A DNA stretch of 64,000 nucleotides from Alphaproteobacteria bacterium (GCA_964291215.2 OZ219791.1:2816001-2880000), one strand, 5' to 3'; positions 26,395 to 37,579 are shown, counted from the stretch's first letter. The notes: generated by a model not told the origin, from the sequence alone. Translations and numbers: made by a program.

Positions 26395-27546
26395 GGATTC
26401 TCGCCAGAATAGGTTGATCATTATTTCCGTGGCGTGAGGGTATGGTTCCACTCGCCGTGGAACGGGTCTCTGCGGATGGCGAGGCCGTCCATCTGATCGT
26501 CGGTGACCTTGACCCCGAGCGGATAGCTGTTCTCGTCGAGGTCCGAGCGTATGGTGAGGCCGGTGGTGGTCGCGGCGATCAGCTTGACGATCACCTGGTA
26601 GCTGACGAGGGGCCGGCCGCGCCAGTTCCGGGTGATATGGCAGAACATCCGGTGCTCGATCTTGTTCCACTTTCCGGGCGGGAAGTAGGCCACCGACACC
26701 TTCAACCCGAGTTCGTCGGCGAGGTGCTGCAGCTTCCACAGCCGGTTGCGGCTGCTGCCGTCGGCGGTGATCAGCAGGCGCCTCGCATCGGGATAGACCA
26801 GCTGGCCCATCTGCCGCCACCAGCGGCCTCGACCGCAAACGCCGCCGTGTCGTGTCCGACGCTGACCCGGCCGGCATTGGCGGTGAGATCGTAGAGCCCG
26901 CAGGGGATCCGAGCTCCGGATCGGGGAAGTCATGTACGTTGACGGCTTCAGGGTCGCCCTCGGGGCCCGGCCGCCATTGCGGTACTGGATTTCCTTCTTC
27001 TTGGTGTCACCACAGGCTGGCCCAGCCTCCGGAACGCGCGCACCCGGCGCGTCGGAACTGCGCATCCCGGGCTGGCGGCCTTCCAGCGTCTTGCGATTGG
27101 CCTGGAGGCTGTACCCCGGATCGTGGAGCAGCCGGTTCACCGTGCGCTCGCTGACGCCCTTGACCGCAAGACGGTCCGCCAGCGGCACTGTGACACCGCA
27201 GCGAACTCTCCGGATCGCCGCGCGTCATCGGTTCAAGCTCGCGCGCCGCCACCAACCCCGGATCCGCCACCCGCTTGCGCCCGCCGCCGGGGCGACGCAA
27301 ACGTCCTGAAGGAATCTCACTCGAAGACTCCGAATCAAGCTCCTCCGGCGCGAACGGTGCCCATCCCCGTCGCCTCGACCACTCGCCCGATGGCACGGGC
27401 CTCCGTCGCCGCCCACAGGCGCCGCGCACGTTCGTTCAGAACCGGACGCAACACTACAAACTTGGATCGCAGCGTATCGACCATCGCTTCCATGACATCA
27501 TTGATAGTAGATCCACGCCAAAAACAATCTATTTTGGCGAGGGACC
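26395..27546 (-). mobile_element. Decayed ISAzo13-family element
   Basis: Imperfect TIRs (CTCGCCAGAATAGGTTG / CAATCTATTTTGGCGAG). Transposase pseudogene 26421-27493 with LNERARRLWAA, RRPGGGRK, GYSLQANRKT, KWNKIEHRMF, NWRGRPL, FHGEWN. Confidence 0.85.
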
Positions 27547-27649
27547 TTCAGGCGATGGTGGTGTGCAGGGCAACCTCGCTCGATCTCGACTCCGTTCGGA
27601 GTTTTTCCGGCCCACCCGACGCTTTTGATCTCCACCACTCTTCTTTCCG

Positions 27650-29692
27650 TCATGAAATTCCGGTCGAAGGCCTCGGAACCTCGGACACGTCCACGAGCCT
27701 GCCGCATGCGGTACAGGAGGTTTCGACCAGTTCGAAGTTCGGGCCATCGCCGCCATGGCGGAGCGCGACCCAGGGGCCGGCGTGGCCTATCGGATGGCGG
27801 GCCGCGACCAGCTCCGAGGCGCGGCCGCAGGATGGGCAGTAAAGGTGCGCCGGCGGGTCCGCAGCCTGTTCCGGCGCCGTCCGGGCGCGCCGCATTGCGG
27901 CGCGCTTGCGCGATGTCGTATCGGCGTCCGGCCGACCGGTCCCGTCGAGCGCCACACCGTAAGCGTTTTCCGCGGCAGCCCGCGACACCACGCCGTCGGC
28001 GACATCTCGGGCGACGCTCTCCGGAAGCCTGTCCAGGGGATCACCGAAACCGCCTCCGCCAGCCGCCCAGTAGCCGAAGACATCGTGCCTTCCGATGGTC
28101 TCGTCGGCCTTCGACGGCAGCCAGCGGACGGCACCCGGAAAATCCGGCAGTGGCGGGATGTCGGCAGTGGCGCCGAGAGGCCCGTTCCGTTCCGCGTCCC
28201 GCACGATCGCCGCCTGCGAGCCGGCTCCCGGATAGCCGCCTTCCATGCCGTGCGCGTTGGTCTGTTCGGTTCCGGCAGTATTCGTTGACTTGAGCACGAG
28301 TTCGTCGACCCCGAACGGTACAAGCGCCGCCTCGCAGGTCACGCCGCCGCGGTACTGCCCGGCGCCGCCCGAATCCCGCAGGCGCCGACGGTAGAGGTAG
28401 CGGACAGGGAGCTTCCATTCGGCACTCTCGACGTTGCCAATGCTGCTTGCATAGGAGGTGATGGTGCCGGCATGGTCGAACCCGTCGGCGAAGGACCGTC
28501 CGGCGGCGCCCGAGCCACGGTGGTCGGACAGCATGGCGCCGGTGCGGCTGCCGTCGGCGCGGAGGGCGAAGATGTTGTTGCAGTTACTCGAGACGTTCCA
28601 GGACGGGCAGGCACGGTCGCGAAAAGTCTCCGACGAGCTGAACATGCGGGCGACGGCCTGCGCCGCGGCCACGGTCGCAAGCCACCGGAAGCCGACCGTC
28701 GAGATGCTCACCGGCGCGGGATGGCGGGCGTTGACGACGGTGCCCTCCGGCGCGGTCACGCGCATGCATCGCTTCAGTCCGTCATTCCAGTCGATACCGC
28801 CCTGGCAGAGGAACGAATAGAGGGGCACCGCCGATCCGGCGAAAGTCGCCGACGCGGTGCAGTTGACGGCGGCGTCGACCTGTGCGGACGACCCCGTGTA
28901 ATCGAAATGCAGGCCGTCGTCCTCGCAGGTCAGGGTGACGGCGACGCGGCACACGCGGTCATCGCCGACGCGAACGCCGTCCATGAAAGCGGCGCCAGTC
29001 CAGGAGCCGTCCGGCAGGGCGCGGACGAAGTCGCGCACCTGCCGTTCGGCGATGTCGATCGAGCGGACCATGACCGTGCGCACGAGCTCGTCGTCGCGCT
29101 CGTCGAGCAACGCGCGGAGGCGCTCGCCGGCGACGTTGAGCGCACCGATCTGGGCGCGGAGGTCGATGGCCACGGACTCCGGTAGCCGCGAGTTGGCGAG
29201 CATCGTGTGCTCAGCTTCCCGGACCAGAATGCCGCGGTCGACGATTTTCATGAAGAACCGCGGCGGATCCTCGAAGATCGTCCGTGCGTTTATGCAGAAG
29301 CTCCCGGCGTCGATACCGCCGACATCTGCATGGTGCAGCACGTTCGCCATCCACATGAATATCCTGCCCTCGCGGAAGACGGGAGCGGCGAGAACGATAT
29401 CGTTCTGGTGGAGGGCGCCGAGGAAGGGGTCATTGGTCAGGAATGCATCGCCGTCGCGGATCTCGCTGGCGTTTCGGACAATCGAGGCGACCGCGTCGCC
29501 CATCGTCGTGACATGAACCAGCGAGCCGATGCCCGCGGTAACCAGCTCGGCATCGGCAGTGAAGAGGCCGACATTGTAGTCATTGCCTTCAACCACGATC
29601 GGCGACGCCGATATGGTCTTGATCGCAAGCCCCTGCTCGTCGTTGATCTGCCACAGGCGATGCTTGATCACCTCGAAGGTCACGGGATCCAT
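27650..29692 (-). CDS. Hydantoinase B/oxoprolinase-family protein with C-terminal CxxC..CxxC domain
   Basis: MDPVTFEVIKHRL, NDPFLGALHQND, HHADVGG, DSGGAGQYRGG, GGGGFGDPLDR; tail YCPSCG...SCTACG. Confidence 0.9.
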   Translation of the reverse strand: MDPVTFEVIKHRLWQINDEQGLAIKTISASPIVVEGNDYNVGLFTADAELVTAGIGSLVHVTTMGDAVASIVRNASEIRDGDAFLTNDPFLGALHQNDIVLAAPVFREGRIFMWMANVLHHADVGGIDAGSFCINARTIFEDPPRFFMKIVDRGILVREAEHTMLANSRLPESVAIDLRAQIGALNVAGERLRALLDERDDELVRTVMVRSIDIAERQVRDFVRALPDGSWTGAAFMDGVRVGDDRVCRVAVTLTCEDDGLHFDYTGSSAQVDAAVNCTASATFAGSAVPLYSFLCQGGIDWNDGLKRCMRVTAPEGTVVNARHPAPVSISTVGFRWLATVAAAQAVARMFSSSETFRDRACPSWNVSSNCNNIFALRADGSRTGAMLSDHRGSGAAGRSFADGFDHAGTITSYASSIGNVESAEWKLPVRYLYRRRLRDSGGAGQYRGGVTCEAALVPFGVDELVLKSTNTAGTEQTNAHGMEGGYPGAGSQAAIVRDAERNGPLGATADIPPLPDFPGAVRWLPSKADETIGRHDVFGYWAAGGGGFGDPLDRLPESVARDVADGVVSRAAAENAYGVALDGTGRPDADTTSRKRAAMRRARTAPEQAADPPAHLYCPSCGRASELVAARHPIGHAGPWVALRHGGDGPNFELVETSCTACGRLVDVSEVPRPSTGIS

Positions 29693-29705
29693 TGCCGGCC
29701 CTCCG

Positions 29706-31814
29706 TCACGGCCCCTGTTCCGGCGTCAGCCGGATGTTGCCGAACCGGTCGCGCACGGCCACGGCTCCGGCCGGCACCCAGATCGTTGTCGTGTCCCGTT
29801 CTATGATGGCCGGACCCTCGATCCCGGTGTCGGGCGCGAGGGTGGAGAAGTCGATGACGCCGGCGTCTGTCCAGCCCGCCCCCCGGACATGGACCCGGCG
29901 GGTGCCGCGGCGACTGCTGCCGGTGGCCGCGAGTGGTGCCAGTGCCGGCTGGTATGCGGGATGCGATGCGTCGACGCGGAAGCTGATCAGCTCAAGCGGT
30001 GTTCCGGGCCGCGCGACGCCGGCGCCGAAGCGCGCGCCGTATTCGGCCTCGAACAGCGCCTCGAGCGCGCCGGCGTCCGCTGGCGCCAGATCGGGGCGTG
30101 GCCAGTCAATGGTGATCTCGTTCATCTGGTTGCGGTAACGCATCTCGATGCGGAAGCGGAAGGTGCAACGTCCGGGGTCGAGCCCGGCGTCGATCATGTC
30201 CCGGTGCGTCGCCGCCTTCAGCTCACCGAAGCTGCGCGTCGCGACCTCGGCGGCCTCCGCGCCGAGCGCGATCGGCTCCGATCTCGCATGGCTGTAGGTG
30301 ATGTCGGCTATGGCGACTCCGAGCGCTGAAAATACGGGTCCGGCATGGGGCAGTACGACCTCGCGGATACCAAGTTGGCGGGCCAGTTCCGCGCAGTGTG
30401 CGCCGGTGGCGCCGCCATAGGCGTAGAGCGCGAAGGCTCCGGGATCGTGCCCGCTCTCGATCGAGACCTTGCGGATCAGATTGGCCATCATCGCGTTGAC
30501 GACCTCGATCGCGCCGGCGGCGGCGTCCAGCGCGGTCATGTCGAGCGGTGCGCCGACCTCTCCGAGCGCGTCCAGCGCGCGTTCGGGGTCAAGCCGGAAG
30601 CGCCCGCCGAAGAAACCGTCAGGGTCGATGATGCCGCAAGCGACCAACGCGTCGGTCACGGTCGCCCGGGTGCCGCCGCGGCCATAGGCCGCAGGGCCGG
30701 GATCGGCTGCCATGCTCTCTGGGCCGACATGGAGGCGGTAGCCGTCGGTGCGGATCACGCTGCCGCCGCCCGCGCCGATGGTGACAAGCCGGGCGGCCGG
30801 GAGCAGCACTGGCAGGCCTTGGTCGAGATAGGGCCTCGGGTCCTCCTCGAAGTCGCCGCCGTCAATCAGCCCGACGTCAAAGCTCGTGCCGCCCATGTCG
30901 GCGGTGATGATGTGGTCGTGGTCGAGTTCGCGGCCGAGATGGCGGGCAGCGATCAGCCCGCCGGCGGGACCGGAATTGATGATCGACACCGCGCGGCGTC
31001 CGGCATCACCGACGCGCGCGGCAGTGCCGCTCGACGTAACGACCTGAAGCGGAGTCCGAAGGCCGGCGGCGCCGAGGTGGGTGTCCAGGCTCGCAAGATA
31101 GCGTTTGGTGACGGGGCCGACATGGGCGTTGACGACAGTTGTCACCGCACGCTCGAACTCGCCCATTTTCGGTGCGATCTCGGATGACAGGCTGAGCGGC
31201 AGCGCAGGCGCCATTTCATGGGCGATTTCCCCGACCCGGCGTTCATGCGCGGGATTGCGGAACGACCAGAGAAGGCAAACCGCGAGGCTCTCGGCGCCGA
31301 CCTCCAGAAGTTCGGCGACCGCGGTGCGCAGATGGATTTCGTCGAGTGCCACCACGACCTCGCCGTCGGATCCGATCCGTTCTCGGACCCCGCGCACCAT
31401 ACGCCGCGGGACCAGAGGCGGCGGCGGCTCGGTATGGACGAAGTTCATGGCCAGCGCCGGGCTGAGGCCGCCGACGCGGCCGACCGGGCCCCGTCCGATC
31501 GCCAGCGTGTCCTCGAAACCGTGCGTGAACAGTGCGCCGACCCGGGCGCCCTTGCGTTCGATGAGGGCGTTGGTCGAGACCGTAGTTCCGTGGGCAAACG
31601 TGGCCGTGCGGGTGAGGATCTCGGGAACTGCGAGCCCGACTGTGGCTGAGGCGCGTTCGAGCACCTCGAGCACGCCGGCATCGGGCGCGTCCGGCTTCGA
31701 GAAGGCCTTTGCGGTGACGATTCCGCCCTGGCCGTCGATCAGGACCAGATCGGTGAAGGTGCCGCCGGCGTCTACGCCGATACGGCAATCGCGCACGGGC
31801 GGGGAGTCGTTCAT
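29706..31814 (-). CDS. Hydantoinase A/oxoprolinase-family ATP-binding subunit
   Basis: GVDAGGTFTD, HGTTVSTNALI, SGPAGG, DMGGTSFDV, GAGGGS, GPAIIE. Confidence 0.93.
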   Translation of the reverse strand: MNDSPPVRDCRIGVDAGGTFTDLVLIDGQGGIVTAKAFSKPDAPDAGVLEVLERASATVGLAVPEILTRTATFAHGTTVSTNALIERKGARVGALFTHGFEDTLAIGRGPVGRVGGLSPALAMNFVHTEPPPPLVPRRMVRGVRERIGSDGEVVVALDEIHLRTAVAELLEVGAESLAVCLLWSFRNPAHERRVGEIAHEMAPALPLSLSSEIAPKMGEFERAVTTVVNAHVGPVTKRYLASLDTHLGAAGLRTPLQVVTSSGTAARVGDAGRRAVSIINSGPAGGLIAARHLGRELDHDHIITADMGGTSFDVGLIDGGDFEEDPRPYLDQGLPVLLPAARLVTIGAGGGSVIRTDGYRLHVGPESMAADPGPAAYGRGGTRATVTDALVACGIIDPDGFFGGRFRLDPERALDALGEVGAPLDMTALDAAAGAIEVVNAMMANLIRKVSIESGHDPGAFALYAYGGATGAHCAELARQLGIREVVLPHAGPVFSALGVAIADITYSHARSEPIALGAEAAEVATRSFGELKAATHRDMIDAGLDPGRCTFRFRIEMRYRNQMNEITIDWPRPDLAPADAGALEALFEAEYGARFGAGVARPGTPLELISFRVDASHPAYQPALAPLAATGSSRRGTRRVHVRGAGWTDAGVIDFSTLAPDTGIEGPAIIERDTTTIWVPAGAVAVRDRFGNIRLTPEQGP

Positions 31815-31823
31815 GCGCAGCGG

Positions 31824-33293
31824 TCAGAGGCGGTCGAGGAGATGGCCGAACTTCTTCCGGGTCCGTGCGCGTTCCTCCGGGCTCGCCTCGGCGACATGCG
31901 GGAACTCGTCCATCCATTCGAACGGTCGGCAGGCGTCGATCAGGGCGCGCGAATTCATGTTTTCGCCGGGCCGCTTCATGGGATCGAGTGGGCCCGACCA
32001 GGTGCGGCGGATGATGTCGATGTCGTGCTCGGGGTCGCAGCGCGATGCCATCGCCCACATCACGTCGTGGACGCTGGTCGGGTCGATGTCGTGGTCGACG
32101 ACGACGACGAAGCGGCCGAGATAGTTGGCGGCGTGCGATCCCGCGGTCAGAAGCAGCGCCTGGCGCGCGTGACCGGGATATTTCTGCTCGATGGCGACGA
32201 CGTTGAACATGCGGCCGCCGCCGAATTCCATGCTCCAGACGCCATGCACGCCGGGGAGGCCGGCGCGTTCGACGTCGTCCCAGATCATCGCCGCCTTCAC
32301 GGTGCACTTGGAGAACGAATAGTCCGACGGTGGGCGGCCGGGGCGGGCCATGGTGTGGATCGGGTTGTCGCGGTGATAGACACGTCGGATCCTGACCGCG
32401 TAGTCCTCCCGTTCGGCGCTGGCGTAGTAGCCGGTCCACTCACCGAAGGGGCCCTCGATCCGCTTCTCGTCGGGCATGATCTCGCCCTCGAGAACGATCT
32501 CTGCCGCCGCCGCCATCGGCAGCCCGTGCAGCTCGGTATTGGTGATCTCGAACGGTATGCCGCGATGGCCGCCGGCGTGCGAGAACTCCGGCGTGCCCCA
32601 GTGGACCTCGTTCGCGGCCGAAAGAAACAGAAGCGGATCCTGGCCGACGCTGATGGCTACCGGGCAGGGCTCGCCTTTCGCAAAGTACTTGTCACGGATC
32701 TGGCGTCCGTGCTTGCCCGGCGACATCCACAGCCCGACGGTGTTCTTGTCGTGCACCATGACGCGGTAGGTTCCGAGATTGACCCAGCCGCTCTCGGGGT
32801 CGCGGATGGTGACGAGGTCGGCTGTCCCGAAATACCGCCCGCCATCCTCTTCATGAAGTAGCGGAACCGGAAACTTGTAGAGGTCGACGGCGTCATCGCG
32901 GTCGATGTTCTCCATGACCGGGCCGGTGTTGCGCTCCTGCGGCGGGATGATCTCGAACTCTTTCAGGCGGTTGCGGTAGCTCTGCACAACGTCGAGCGGG
33001 CTCTCGGGCTTCGGAAAGCCGAGGGTCATGGCGAGCCGGTTCATGGAATTGGTCGCGCCCGAAAGCACGCTGTATTCGGGCCCGTAATTCGGAATGTTCT
33101 CGAACAGGATGGCCGGCGGGTTGTCGGGCTTGGCGTGGTAGATCATCTCGGCGACCGACCCCATCTCGAGGTTCCAGTCGACGCCGTCGACGCGGATCAG
33201 TTCGCCGAGTTCCTCGGCGCGCCCGATCCATTCCCGGAGGTCCTCGTGGGGTTTCTCATATTCGCCGTAAGCCTTCGTGCTCCGCGCCGTCAT
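31824..33293 (-). CDS. UbiD-family decarboxylase (paralog of 19089-20558)
   Basis: DGGRYFGT, NLGTYRVMVHD, EGPFGEWTGYY, WAMASRCDP; start placed at MTARSTK. Confidence 0.92.
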   Translation of the reverse strand: MTARSTKAYGEYEKPHEDLREWIGRAEELGELIRVDGVDWNLEMGSVAEMIYHAKPDNPPAILFENIPNYGPEYSVLSGATNSMNRLAMTLGFPKPESPLDVVQSYRNRLKEFEIIPPQERNTGPVMENIDRDDAVDLYKFPVPLLHEEDGGRYFGTADLVTIRDPESGWVNLGTYRVMVHDKNTVGLWMSPGKHGRQIRDKYFAKGEPCPVAISVGQDPLLFLSAANEVHWGTPEFSHAGGHRGIPFEITNTELHGLPMAAAAEIVLEGEIMPDEKRIEGPFGEWTGYYASAEREDYAVRIRRVYHRDNPIHTMARPGRPPSDYSFSKCTVKAAMIWDDVERAGLPGVHGVWSMEFGGGRMFNVVAIEQKYPGHARQALLLTAGSHAANYLGRFVVVVDHDIDPTSVHDVMWAMASRCDPEHDIDIIRRTWSGPLDPMKRPGENMNSRALIDACRPFEWMDEFPHVAEASPEERARTRKKFGHLLDRL

Positions 33294-33454
33294 CCTGCTC
33301 TCCGTCAACCTGTCCCTGCCGGGGCCGACCCTGCGCCCGATGCCGCGGGGATCCGCCAAACGCGTTCGGCGCACCAGCAAGGGGTGTTCGTGGAGCGCTA
33401 CGGGGATGAAACCGTTCGGTGCGTCGGGGTGATATAGGAGCGCAACATATGCGC

Positions 33455-35131
33455 TCAGTCGGGTGCCGTCAAAATTTCGCGGCCGTAATCGCGCCGGGCG
33501 CCGTTCAGTGAAACATAGCCTTCCGCGATGTCGCGGCGCAGCGCGTCGGAATCGCGCCGGCCGGCATCGCCATAACCGCCTCCGCCTGCCGTCCTGAGGC
33601 TGAAGCGGGTGCCGGGGCCGAAATCGTCGCGGAACGATGACGGGCAACGGCGCTCGCCGCAGGTGTCGGGATCGATGACGAAGCCGCTGGTGGCGCCGTT
33701 GCCGCCGCCGGCGAGGCCGCTTGGCGCGACGGCGGCACGGTCACCGCGATAGACGACACTGGCGTGGTCGAGCAGTTCGTAGTCGCGCCTGAAGGCGAGA
33801 CCGCCGCGGAACTCGCCGGCACCACCGGAATCGGTGATCGGCTCGTAGCGGGTCACGCGGCAGGGGAATTCCGATTCGACGATCTCGATCGGCGTGCTGT
33901 AGAGATTGGCAAGATGGGTGGTCACGCCGGTCGCCCCGTCCTGTCCGCGGCCGGCACCATAGGCCGAGCCAAAGATCTCATACTGGTTCCCGCGGCCCGG
34001 CTGCCGATCTCGCCATGCCATGACGATGCTGCCGCCGCTGCCGCCGGCATTCGCGATCGCACGGCCGGGGATGAACGGGTCAAGGGCCTGCAGGATGACG
34101 TCCACGAGCTTGTGGCAGGTCTTCATGTATGACGAGCACGGCGCGGGCGGTTCGGGGCTGACGATCGATCGCGGCGCGAAGGTGAGGTCCACGAGATTCC
34201 GCGCCGCGTCACTGTAGGGAATCTCAGGATCGAGAAACCCCATGAGGCAGTAGAAGCAGCAGGATTCGACCATGGCAATGCGCAGGTTGGCCGGCCCCCG
34301 GGTTTGGGGTGCGCATCCCGAAAAGTTGAAACCGAGCCTTCCGTCTTCCGCCGTGATCGCGACATGGAGGCGCACGCGGGTTTGGCCGATGCCGTCATTG
34401 TCGAGGAAGCCCTCGGCTTCGTGCCGGCCTTCGGGAAGGCGCTGCATGGCCGACCGAAAGCTGCGCGCCGATGCGTCGATAACGGCTCCGATGGCGGCAA
34501 CAACAACGCTGGCGCCGAACTGTGTGCACAGCGCCTGAAGGCGTTCCCGGCCCTTGCCGATGACGCCGATCTGGGCATGCATGTCGCCGAGCACGAGATC
34601 GGGCGCACGTGAATTGGCCGCGATCACGCGCTCGAGACCGCGGTTTGGCGCGGCGCCGCGGGTGATCCGCACGGGCGGCAGCAGCAGGCCTTCCTGGAAC
34701 AGCTCCGTCGCCTGTCCCCAGGTACTGCCCGGCACCGCGCCGCCCATGTCGGCCTTGTGGGCGATGCTTGCGGTAAACGCTACGAGCTCCCCGTCGTGGA
34801 AGACCGGCGCCGCGAACGCCATGTCGGGCACGTGCGGGAGGTTGCCCTCGTAGGGATGGTTGCAGACGAAGACATCGCCGTTTGCGAGTCCGTCCATGCC
34901 GTAGAGGTCGAAGATGCGCTGTATGAGATGGTAGTAGACCGGGCCGTGGAAGAACATGGGCGGTGCCACGGCGAGGCGGCCATTGCGGTCGGTGATGACG
35001 CAGCTGAAATCTCGCGACTCGCGCACGATCGTGGAATATCCCGACCGGTAGAAGCGGTAGTCCATCTCCTCCATCACGCTCGCGATGCGGTTGCGGACGA
35101 TCTGGACGGTAACAATATCCGGGGCAGCCAT
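33455..35131 (-). CDS. Hydantoinase B/oxoprolinase-family protein
   Basis: YSTIVRESRDFS, HKADMGGAVPGS, TPIEIVE, DSGGAGEFRGG, TAGGGGYGD. Confidence 0.92.
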   Translation of the reverse strand: MAAPDIVTVQIVRNRIASVMEEMDYRFYRSGYSTIVRESRDFSCVITDRNGRLAVAPPMFFHGPVYYHLIQRIFDLYGMDGLANGDVFVCNHPYEGNLPHVPDMAFAAPVFHDGELVAFTASIAHKADMGGAVPGSTWGQATELFQEGLLLPPVRITRGAAPNRGLERVIAANSRAPDLVLGDMHAQIGVIGKGRERLQALCTQFGASVVVAAIGAVIDASARSFRSAMQRLPEGRHEAEGFLDNDGIGQTRVRLHVAITAEDGRLGFNFSGCAPQTRGPANLRIAMVESCCFYCLMGFLDPEIPYSDAARNLVDLTFAPRSIVSPEPPAPCSSYMKTCHKLVDVILQALDPFIPGRAIANAGGSGGSIVMAWRDRQPGRGNQYEIFGSAYGAGRGQDGATGVTTHLANLYSTPIEIVESEFPCRVTRYEPITDSGGAGEFRGGLAFRRDYELLDHASVVYRGDRAAVAPSGLAGGGNGATSGFVIDPDTCGERRCPSSFRDDFGPGTRFSLRTAGGGGYGDAGRRDSDALRRDIAEGYVSLNGARRDYGREILTAPD

Positions 35132-35248
35132 GGCCGCGACAGGATAGGCGGCGCACCGGTGGTGGCAACATGCGCTCGAGGCCATGGGCGCTTATACTGC
35201 GCGTGCGGTCGGCGTGACCAGCCGTAGTCGTCCGGCGGGGGAAGGATC

Positions 35249-37579
35249 GTGGGGGAATACGGAATTAACCAGTCTGTTCGGCGCTTCGAGGACGCGCGCT
35301 TGCTCACTGGCGGCGGTGACTATGTCGCCGACGGGAATGCGCACGGCCAACTCCACGGCTTCATGGTGCGCTCGCCGTACGGCCATGCCGCGATCCGGAA
35401 CATCGACGCCGCCGCGGCGTTGGCGGCGCCCGGCGTGGCGGCTGTCGTCACCGGACAGGATTATGCGGATCTCGGCTGGGGACCAATTCCGCATGTCGGT
35501 CCGGCGGTGAAGCGCCGGGGCGGTGCCGACCTTGCCGTCCCCGAGTTCTGGCCGGTGGCGGTCGACCGCGTCCGCATGGTCGGGGAGGGGGTTGCCTTCA
35601 TTGTTGCCGAGACGGTGGATCAGGCGCGCGACGCAGGCGAGCTGGTCGGGATCAAGTACGAACAGCTGCCCGTGGTATCGGGGGCCGAACCAGCGCTTGC
35701 CGCCGGCACATCTGTGCTCTGGCCCGCGATCGGGGACAACGAGGCGCTGGTCCACGAGATCGGTGACCGTGCGGCGACGGACGCGGCGTTCGCCGCCGCC
35801 CATTATGTGGTCGCACGCCGCTTCGACATCAGCCGCGTGCTCGCGAACGCGATGGAGCCTCGGGCCTGTCTGGCGGCCTGGGACGGCCGTGCCGACCGCT
35901 ACACGCTGCGGGCCCCTGTACAGCATCCGTGGATGGTACGCCGCATCTTGGCGGCGAGGATCCTCGGTGTCGACGAACTGCAGGTGCGCGTGATCACGCC
36001 CGATGTCGGCGGCAGTTTCGGGATCAGGTCAAACATCTATCCCGAGTATCTCGCGGCACTCGCGGCATCGCGGCTGACGGGGCGTCCGGTCAAGTGGACG
36101 GGCGACCGGAGCGAGGGCTTTGTCAGTGACTACCACGGCCGCGACAACATCGCCGAGGCGGCGCTGGCGCTTGACGCGGAAGGCGGGTTTCTCGGTTTTC
36201 GGCTCAGGAACCTGGTCGATATAGGCGCCTATTTTTCACCGATGGGCGCCGGCCCGGCGACCAACAACCTCGGGACGCTGTCCGGGGTCTACACGACCCC
36301 GGCCTCGCACGTCGAAGTCGTCGGCGTCTTCACCAACAGCCATCCGACGGCTCCCTACCGCGGAGCCGGGCGCCCGGAAGCGGCCTACATCATCGAATGC
36401 CTCGTCGATGAGGCGGCGCGGGAACTCGACTTCGATCCGGTGGAATTGCGGCGCCACAACATCATTCCGCCGTCTGGGATGCCATTCAAAACGGCACTGA
36501 CCTTCAACTACGATTCGGGAGAATTCGAGAAGAACATGGACGATGCAGTGCGGCTCGTGGACCGTGAGGGCTTTCCGGCGCGGCGTGCGGCGTCCGAGGT
36601 GTCCGGGCGGCTGCGCGGGCTCGGTTTTGCCTACGCCATAGAGCGGGCAGCTCCGCCGGGCCTTGAGGCTGCGGAGATCCGCTTCGATCCGGGCGGCACG
36701 GTGACTGTGCTCTCCGGCACGACGCAGCAGGGTCAGGGCCATGTGACGATGTACACGCAGCTGCTCTGCGGCTGGCTGGGGATCGAGCCGGACCGGGTGC
36801 GGGTGGTCCAGGGCGATACTGACCGGCTGGCTTTCGGCCAGGGGGCAGGCGGGTCGCGGTCGTCGGCAATGGGGACAGCGGCGCTCCAGATGGCGAAGGA
36901 CAAGGTCATTGCCAAGGGGTGCGAACTTGCGGCCCATCTTCTTGAGGCGGCCGTCGACGACATCGTCTTTGCTGATGGAGAATTCACGGTTGCGGGGACC
37001 GACCGTTCCCTGCCACTTGGCGAGATTGTCCGGGTGGCGTTCAGTCCGGGTAGCCTGCCCGACGGGATCGAGCCGGGCCTTTCGGCGCACGCCGTCTACA
37101 GGGGGTCGGTGGCGAGCTATCCGAACGGGTGTCACGCCTGTGAGGTCGAGATTGATCCCGAGACCGGCGCCGTGGAGCTGTTGCAGTATGTGGTGGTCGA
37201 TGATTTCGGAACGGTGCTGAATCCGCTCATGGTCAAGGGCCAGGTCCATGGCGGGGTCGCCCAGGGCCTCGGGCAGATCACCCTGGAGAACGCCGTCTAT
37301 GACGTCGACGGACAGTTGCTGACAGCGTCGTTCATGGATTACGGAATGCCTCGGGCCGATGATATGTCCGGTTTTGCGGTAGTCACCAATCCGGTGCCGA
37401 CGGCAGCGAACCCCCTTGGTGTCAAAGGTGCCGGCGAGGCGGGAACGGTCGGCGCCATGCCCTGCGTCATGAACGCAATCAGGGATGCGCTGACATCTGC
37501 CGGTGCGGAAGCTCTCGACATGCCGGCGACGCCGGCCCGCGTCTGGTCAGCCATTCAGGCCGCGAAGGACACCGGATAG
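35249..37579 (+). CDS. Xanthine dehydrogenase/CoxL-family Mo-binding large subunit
   Basis: GINQSVRRFED, RSPYGHA, PDVGGSFG, PYRGAGRPEA, GQVHGG, GVKGAGEAG. Confidence 0.93.
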   Translation: MGEYGINQSVRRFEDARLLTGGGDYVADGNAHGQLHGFMVRSPYGHAAIRNIDAAAALAAPGVAAVVTGQDYADLGWGPIPHVGPAVKRRGGADLAVPEFWPVAVDRVRMVGEGVAFIVAETVDQARDAGELVGIKYEQLPVVSGAEPALAAGTSVLWPAIGDNEALVHEIGDRAATDAAFAAAHYVVARRFDISRVLANAMEPRACLAAWDGRADRYTLRAPVQHPWMVRRILAARILGVDELQVRVITPDVGGSFGIRSNIYPEYLAALAASRLTGRPVKWTGDRSEGFVSDYHGRDNIAEAALALDAEGGFLGFRLRNLVDIGAYFSPMGAGPATNNLGTLSGVYTTPASHVEVVGVFTNSHPTAPYRGAGRPEAAYIIECLVDEAARELDFDPVELRRHNIIPPSGMPFKTALTFNYDSGEFEKNMDDAVRLVDREGFPARRAASEVSGRLRGLGFAYAIERAAPPGLEAAEIRFDPGGTVTVLSGTTQQGQGHVTMYTQLLCGWLGIEPDRVRVVQGDTDRLAFGQGAGGSRSSAMGTAALQMAKDKVIAKGCELAAHLLEAAVDDIVFADGEFTVAGTDRSLPLGEIVRVAFSPGSLPDGIEPGLSAHAVYRGSVASYPNGCHACEVEIDPETGAVELLQYVVVDDFGTVLNPLMVKGQVHGGVAQGLGQITLENAVYDVDGQLLTASFMDYGMPRADDMSGFAVVTNPVPTAANPLGVKGAGEAGTVGAMPCVMNAIRDALTSAGAEALDMPATPARVWSAIQAAKDTG

